DNA from: Candidatus Bathyarchaeia archaeon
GTDB lineage: Archaea; Thermoproteota; Bathyarchaeia; Bathyarchaeales; Bathycorpusculaceae
Length of the DNA: 64,000 nucleotides
Direction: 5' to 3'
Assembly (NCBI GenBank): GCA_049521795.1
Contig: JBEKOM010000001.1
Coordinates: forward strand, 64,001-128,000
Shown: positions 58,621 through 64,000 of the stretch, one piece after another
Layout: the number at the start of each line of letters is the position of its first letter
Numbering within the stretch: the stretch's first letter is position 1
Notes under the pieces: model-generated
What the model saw: only the letters and a program-made list of their open reading frames with translations
Told to the model about the DNA's origin: nothing
Database searches by the model: none
Made by a program: the position numbers and the translations under genes

Positions 58621-59421
58621 TCACCTGACAACTAATCTTGCAACGTCTTCGCGATCCAATATGCCGAGCAGTTTCCCATTTTTGTCCGCTACCGGTATCC
58701 TTCCAACATTTTTCGTAACCATGACTCTGGCAACCCTGATCACCTTTGTTGAAGGCTCAACAGAAACCACGTTTGTATTCATTACGGAAGATATTTTTGG
58801 CGAGTCTCTGAAGCGTCCTTTCTTAGACTCGAAGGTCGGCAGCATGGCTCCAGATTCAAGAAGGTCTTTCTGCGTAACTATGCCTACTAGCTTCCCATTC
58901 TTGACAACCGGCAATCCTGCGAAGCGCGTTTCTGTCATGAGGCGCCAAATATCGTCAATCCCGTCTTCTGGAGAGCACGATACGACCTTTGTGGTCATGA
59001 TTTCAGAAACGTCCTTCACGAACCGGTCAGGACTCGTTTTCATCAGTGATTCAATGAAACTTTCTAACCCTACGACTCCCCTGTAGCTTCTGTCCTCGGC
59101 TGAAGCGACAACCGGTGCATGCCAAACATCCACTCGAAGCATGGCTCTAAACGTTGAAGTTACCTCATCCTCAACCGTTGCGACGTGCCTTGCAGGAGTC
59201 ATAATACCTTTCACGGTTATCGGCGACACAGATGAAGAAATGGTCATCACGTCGCGACGCGAAACTTTTCCCAGAAGCATCTTATTCTTGTCGGTTACCG
59301 GGAGAATCCTCAGGTCAAACTCTCTCATTATCGCGCGTGCTTTCGTGGCGAGCTGGTCTTCATAAATCGACGGATGCTTTTGATCCATGATCTCTTTGAC
59401 ACGCAAAAGATCTCCTCTCAC
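58621..59421 (-). CDS. four-CBS-domain protein
   Basis: Repeated LPV / GIVT.KD motifs. Confidence 0.9.
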   Translation of the reverse strand: MRGDLLRVKEIMDQKHPSIYEDQLATKARAIMREFDLRILPVTDKNKMLLGKVSRRDVMTISSSVSPITVKGIMTPARHVATVEDEVTSTFRAMLRVDVWHAPVVASAEDRSYRGVVGLESFIESLMKTSPDRFVKDVSEIMTTKVVSCSPEDGIDDIWRLMTETRFAGLPVVKNGKLVGIVTQKDLLESGAMLPTFESKKGRFRDSPKISSVMNTNVVSVEPSTKVIRVARVMVTKNVGRIPVADKNGKLLGILDREDVARLVVR

Positions 59422-60014
59422 TCCTCAGTTTCCAGTTCAACCTTGCAATCTTCGCAGAGGAATTCGCCGTTGACTTCTGTCAAGTCGTCAGACCAGACTC
59501 CGCAGTGGTCGCAGTATCCTGCGGGAGGTGCCGATTCCTTCTGTGCTTCTTCAGCCATGTTCTCACCTTCTAACATGGCTTTCTCTTGTATTGTTTCCAA
59601 AAGTTCAGGCATGACGGCCAAGACGTCTTTGCTCGAAACTATTCCGACAAGCTGCCCCTTGTACATGACTCCTAGACGTCTGATGTTCAGTTTGCTCATT
59701 AGCCTGGCTGCATCGTTTATCGTTGCGTCTGATTCGATCGTCATCAGCGGAGAAGTCATGACGCTCTTGGCCCTGACGGTGTCAGGTTTAGCGTTTTTGG
59801 CTAAGACTCTTACAACGAGGTCCCTCTCAGTTATGATTCCCATAGGTTTTGCCTGCTTGGTCGTCACTAGGATGCATCCGTACTCGTGTTTAGCCATGAG
59901 TCCCGCAACTTTGTTAGCAGGAGCATTTTCGTCCACGGTAACCGCTGGACTACTCATGATGTCTTTAACCAGCATCTTAGACCTAAGTCCAATCTCGGCC
60001 ATGGTTCTCGCCAC
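59418..60014 (-). CDS. CBS-domain protein with C-terminal Zn ribbon
   Basis: GIITERD and GYCDHCG...LCEDC motifs. Confidence 0.9.
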   Translation of the reverse strand: MARTMAEIGLRSKMLVKDIMSSPAVTVDENAPANKVAGLMAKHEYGCILVTTKQAKPMGIITERDLVVRVLAKNAKPDTVRAKSVMTSPLMTIESDATINDAARLMSKLNIRRLGVMYKGQLVGIVSSKDVLAVMPELLETIQEKAMLEGENMAEEAQKESAPPAGYCDHCGVWSDDLTEVNGEFLCEDCKVELETEE

Positions 60015-60175
60015 GTAAATAATGCATTCGACTATTAAGGTTTGGCTTCACTGAACTCAAGAGAGAGCCCCAAATTTAAAACTTGCCGTATTCCTCTCGC
60101 ACGTCACAATTTTGGCTGAGGCCAAGTCTTATTAGTTTCCGCCTTTCAAAGCACCTATGCTTTGGGGAATGATGA

Positions 60176-61066
60176 ATGCTGAGAACCAATGAGGATAAGT
60201 TAGTGAAGATCTCGGTCGTCGGCGAAGTAGTGAGTCCCGTTTTCGGAAGAGACGTCTACAGGATCACTGCCCAAGGGAACCCGGTGGTTTTACCAGGCGT
60301 CGGAGGAATAACCTATAACATCAGGGTAGGCGACCCAGCCTCAGGATGGCAAGCCGATCATGTTGAACCAGGAGTAAGCGTTGAAAACAAAGAGAACGAC
60401 CCGCGCTTTGGACAAGGCGCAAACGCCGCCTTCAACGTGCTCTCATGCGTTGGAAACGAGGCCACGATAATAAGCGGCGAAGCCAAGGGTTCAAAAGGAG
60501 TTGTCACGGGCAAACACGGCGGAATAGAACACGTGCTAGTCGATGTTCAGCCCGAAGTCATGGACAAACTTGTGATCGGTGACAAGTTTCTCATCAAAGC
60601 TTTCGGAGTTGGCCTCCAACTGTTAGACGCTCCTCACGTCACGGTGATGAATTTGGACCCCAAGTTTCTGAAAGCATTGAAACCCAGATTGAAAGGAAAC
60701 AAGCTGGAGGTTCCAGTCAGTCACATCGTTCCAGCCGCTATCATGGGCTCAGGACTCGGCGCCAACCAGACTTACTCCGGAGACTATGACATTCAACTCT
60801 TCGATGAAAAAGTGAGAACACAGTTTGGCCTCGACGACCTCAGACTAGGAGACCTCGTTGCCATAATTGACGCAGACCACACCTTCGGAAGGATATACAA
60901 ACAAGGCGCCATCTCCGTCGGTATCACAGTGCACACAAACTGCGTCATAGCCGGCCACGGCCCAGGGGTCACAACACTGTTCACATCTTCCACCGGAAAA
61001 ATCATCCCGAGAATCGACAAGAAAGCGAACATCGCCTCGATTCTGAAGCTAAGAAAGGACATCTAA
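60176..61066 (+). CDS. DUF4438-like conserved protein
   Basis: PGVGGITYN, DHVEPGVS, GKHGG, GDYDI and AGHGPG motifs. Confidence 0.8.
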   Translation: MLRTNEDKLVKISVVGEVVSPVFGRDVYRITAQGNPVVLPGVGGITYNIRVGDPASGWQADHVEPGVSVENKENDPRFGQGANAAFNVLSCVGNEATIISGEAKGSKGVVTGKHGGIEHVLVDVQPEVMDKLVIGDKFLIKAFGVGLQLLDAPHVTVMNLDPKFLKALKPRLKGNKLEVPVSHIVPAAIMGSGLGANQTYSGDYDIQLFDEKVRTQFGLDDLRLGDLVAIIDADHTFGRIYKQGAISVGITVHTNCVIAGHGPGVTTLFTSSTGKIIPRIDKKANIASILKLRKDI

Positions 61067-61523
61067 TTCACTTCAGCCAAGCGCCGCGGCCTGGCGCCTT
61101 GTGTTCCACGACACCGCATCGTTCCACGTAGACCGAAAACATTCCACGGGCTTCCGCGAATGAATGGGATATTTCTTCCGGAACAGAACCGTTGTCGACA
61201 GAGCTGCTAGCATCATTAATGGCGCAAGGTTCGCTGGGAATTCTGCGATGGTCTGGGCTGTCCTAGAATGTTATTGTTACCATCCATTGTTACTGTTATC
61301 ATTACTGACGTGTGCGACCGCGCGCGCTTGAAAAGGTCAAGGCCAAAGCCAGAAGCGCGATTGAAGAGGACAGCAGGAAAACACGGTGTCTTCGCATGGA
61401 GACATTTTCCAGCGTTGTGCACGTAAGAAAGATTTCTTGGCGTCTTGAAACTGGAATTGGAACAGATATATAAAGCAGCAAACTAGATTGTTTGCTATAA
61501 GGAAGTATAGGAGTAAGAAAAAG

Positions 61524-61817
61524 TTGCCGTTCAAACGAAAGAGCCGTGGAAGGTCAAAGGGCGGTAAGGGCAGCAGCGGTGTCGTTCAATGTCAAAGTTG
61601 CGGGTCAATGGTGCCCCGTGACAAGGCTAAGAAAGTGACCAGGACACACTCTATCGTGGATTATCAACTGGCGAAGGAACTACGCCAGAAAGGCACGTAC
61701 ATTGAGATGCCATCCACGACCAAGTACTACTGCGTGTCGTGCGCAGTGCACCGTGGTGTCGTGAAGGTAAGGGCAGAGAACGAACGACGGATTCGCACGC
61801 GGCCGAGAAGATTCTAG
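61524..61817 (+). CDS. rps26e: ribosomal protein eS26
   Basis: PFKRKSRGR, CQSCG..VPRDKA and YCVSCAVH motifs; TTG start. Confidence 0.93.
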   Translation: MPFKRKSRGRSKGGKGSSGVVQCQSCGSMVPRDKAKKVTRTHSIVDYQLAKELRQKGTYIEMPSTTKYYCVSCAVHRGVVKVRAENERRIRTRPRRF

Positions 61818-61824
61818 TTTTCAC

Positions 61825-62430
61825 TCAAACTTTTTTCTTTGATTTGCCGTAAACGTAGAAGCTTCTCTGCAAGACCGTCAGGTTTGTGAGCACTGCAAGC
61901 AGTATGATTGCCGCGTTCATCACCATGGTAGGTTGCCAGAAGATCGCCACTAGACTTGCAACGGCAAGGATTAACACACGTTCCGCTCTTTCCGCAAGGC
62001 CGATCGATTCCATTTTGAATCCCGCAGCCTCGGCTCTGGCCCGACTGTAACTCACAAGCAATGAACCTATTATCGCCGCTAAACCCCAGTAGAAATCGCA
62101 CAGACCTGCGAAAATTATGCCGACATACACAGCAGCATCAGCGTATCTGTCAAGCAGAGAATCCAGAAAACCACCGAACACCGTTGCTTCTTCAAACAAC
62201 CGGGCGACCACGCCGTCCAAGGCGTCGCAGAACCCTGAAAGCAAAAGCAGAACGGTTGCAAGCAAGAGAAGAAGGGGGTTCGCCTGCCATCTTGCGTAGA
62301 CAAAAGCTGACAAGAAAGCTAGGAAAGCGCCGAGAACGGTTATCTCGTTGGGTGTGAGGCCGATTCTGTGGGCGATTCTTGCTTCAGTCGCCAGCATCGA
62401 TTGAATCTTCTGCTTCAGCCTCGTCAGCAT
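61825..62430 (-). CDS. CDP-alcohol phosphatidyltransferase (archaetidylinositol-phosphate synthase-like)
   Basis: TPNEIT, DALDGVVAR...G..LDS..DR and SYSRARAE motifs. Confidence 0.9.
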   Translation of the reverse strand: MLTRLKQKIQSMLATEARIAHRIGLTPNEITVLGAFLAFLSAFVYARWQANPLLLLLATVLLLLSGFCDALDGVVARLFEEATVFGGFLDSLLDRYADAAVYVGIIFAGLCDFYWGLAAIIGSLLVSYSRARAEAAGFKMESIGLAERAERVLILAVASLVAIFWQPTMVMNAAIILLAVLTNLTVLQRSFYVYGKSKKKV

Positions 62431-62492
62431 TGGCAGGTGTTTCTCCAGCGATTCTTATTTAAGCGTGGATATGTCATGTGTGCAGTTAAAAG

Positions 62493-62795
62493 GTGTTCGC
62501 CATGATAAGCATCATGACAATAAAGGTTGACGGCAAGAGCTGCTTGGGCCTCCGCACAGATCTCCCTGACAGCCCACCGCTTCTTCTCATCACCGCCGAA
62601 AAAGGCTTCGTCATGTGCGGCTTCCTGAACGTCGAATCAGCTGAAAAACTAGGCGTAGCCGCCGCAGTCGTGAGCGGAGTGAAGACTTTTGATGACGTGC
62701 TCAACGGACAGGTCAAAGCAGTAACGTCTAAGGCCAAAAGCTTGGGCGTTGAAGTAGGCATGAAAGGAGCTGACGCCCTGAAACACCTGTTCTGA
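62493..62795 (+). CDS. YunC/DUF1805 family protein
   Basis: KGFVMCGFLN...AAVVSGVKT...GM.G.DAL. Confidence 0.85.
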   Translation: MFAMISIMTIKVDGKSCLGLRTDLPDSPPLLLITAEKGFVMCGFLNVESAEKLGVAAAVVSGVKTFDDVLNGQVKAVTSKAKSLGVEVGMKGADALKHLF

Positions 62796-62798
62796 GCA

Positions 62799-63455
62799 AT
62801 GTATCCGTCGATTCGTGGAACCGCGAGGATGCGGGATGGCCTCATCGTGTCAAATAAACATCTTTTAGACGCTGTTGCTGCAGAAGTCGTGGTCTGCGTC
62901 AAGTGCGACCTTTGGAAAAGCCGCAAAAAGGCTGTCCCAGGAGTTGGCAGTCCTGAAAGCCGAGTGCTGCTTATCGGAGAGGCTCCGGGTCAATCAGAAG
63001 ACTTGAAGGGCGAACCTTTCGTCGGTGCAGCAGGAAAGTTTTTGGACACTCTGCTCTCCGAAATCGGGTTTTCAAGAGCAGACGTTTTCATCACTAATGT
63101 TGTGAAGTGTAGGCCCCCGAGAAATCGTGACCCCAAACTGGATGAAATCGAAACGTGCACACCTTACTTGAACAGGCAGATAGGCATTATCCGACCAAGA
63201 TTCATCGTCACTCTTGGCAACCATTCAACCGCTTATGTTCTTTCAAAAGCAAGGTTACCCTTCCGCAGCATAACGCAGGCGCGGGGCAGGGTTTATGAAA
63301 CATCTGTTTTTGGCTTTAAGACTGCAGTCTTCCCTACCTTCCATCCTGCGGCTGCTCTATACAGCGGGCGGTACAAGAAACAGTTGGAGGAAGACTTCCG
63401 CCGGATAAAAGAGGAGCTTTTGAAAAGGGGACTTATCAGCGCTTCAATTTCTTAG
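62799..63455 (+). CDS. family 4 uracil-DNA glycosylase
   Basis: CxxC, GEAPG, PFVG.AG, KCRPP.NR and HPAA motifs. Confidence 0.92.
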   Translation: MYPSIRGTARMRDGLIVSNKHLLDAVAAEVVVCVKCDLWKSRKKAVPGVGSPESRVLLIGEAPGQSEDLKGEPFVGAAGKFLDTLLSEIGFSRADVFITNVVKCRPPRNRDPKLDEIETCTPYLNRQIGIIRPRFIVTLGNHSTAYVLSKARLPFRSITQARGRVYETSVFGFKTAVFPTFHPAAALYSGRYKKQLEEDFRRIKEELLKRGLISASIS

Positions 63456-63487
63456 CAGATTTTATGTTGTCAAGATCTGAAGGGTTC

Positions 63488-64000
63488 TTATGCGCTTACT
63501 TGTGGAGGCGGCGGACGTGCCGACCTGCCTAGTTTTCTGCGAAGAGCAATGTGATACAGTTTTCTCAGAGATTTCACCAGACGCTCGAGACCGCACAGGC
63601 TGGAGTATATGAGTGGGATACCATCATACTCCGCCAACCGTATTGAATACTCGTCCGGCTGAGTGCCGTGAAAAATGACAACACGCGGCTTCAAACTACT
63701 GACCCGCACGATGAGCATGGGAGAAATGCCATTTTCTATGTTTGTGAATATCAACGCCCGCTCGGTTGTGACGCCGAAGAGTTGCGAGAACTCGAGCCCC
63801 GAAAGCGTTTCAACAGCTCTCTGGCTGTCCACAACAGTGTAACCGTTGATCTCTCTAACGTATCTGTCCATGCACGCCACGACTTTGCCCTCGATGGCTT
63901 TGCACAGATGTTCCACGCGCACGGGCAGTGGGAATTCACGAAGGTCTATTATGGCGTTACTCGGCGAACTCGTGAGTTTGGCAAACTCGTGCGTGAAACG
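63488..64000 (-). CDS. HTH/DRTGG-like regulator, C-terminal part (continues beyond the window)
   Basis: GYTVVDS...LFG.TTERALIFT...G.SPM pattern of archaeal XRE-type regulators. Confidence 0.7.
   Translation of the reverse strand, partial: RFTHEFAKLTSSPSNAIIDLREFPLPVRVEHLCKAIEGKVVACMDRYVREINGYTVVDSQRAVETLSGLEFSQLFGVTTERALIFTNIENGISPMLIVRVSSLKPRVVIFHGTQPDEYSIRLAEYDGIPLIYSSLCGLERLVKSLRKLYHIALRRKLGRSARPPPPQVSA

Noticed and set aside
57700-60014. Three-gene CBS cluster as a novel system
   Set aside because: Tandem CBS genes are common in archaea and nothing distinctive is visible.
472-62926. Numerous antisense or overlapping ORFs in the track (e.g. 4230-4946, 16630-17202, 33737-34240, 40606-41421)
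   Set aside because: They are shadows of well-supported genes on the other strand or frame.
1-64000. tRNA or rRNA genes
   Set aside because: No cloverleaf/T-loop or rRNA signatures were recognised by eye; tRNAscan-SE or Infernal would be needed to exclude them.

Overview
This is an archaeal chromosome segment, most likely Bathyarchaeia or another TACK-type archaeon. That is inferred from the combination of eS25, eS26, a histone, TFE-beta, KEOPS genes and CarS. About 50 kb is housekeeping DNA. Between ogt (start 22381) and the proteasome beta gene (35685) lies a visibly AT-richer ~13 kb island. It resolves into a head-to-tail array of three different IS6-like transposons that carry cargo genes. 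Each element ends in ...CAGAACC or begins with GGTTCTG..., each complete element has its own 24-26 bp terminal inverted repeat, and the same 8-bp target CTTTATCA follows each element (24305, 28460, 35629). The two complete elements each encode a SWIM/Zn-ribbon DDE transposase, a divergent small regulator and a shared 69-aa basic protein. Their cargo includes a fused restriction-modification enzyme, a PD-(D/E)XK nuclease, a PIN nuclease, Cren7-like proteins and a HATPase/STAS pair. This suggests site-specific, iterative insertion just upstream of the psmB promoter. Other notable points are probable ACG start codons in rpoK and korC, and OSTC-like and PAC4-like proteins. No rRNA, tRNA or CRISPR array was recognised. 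All family calls come from motif recognition by eye; no searches were run.
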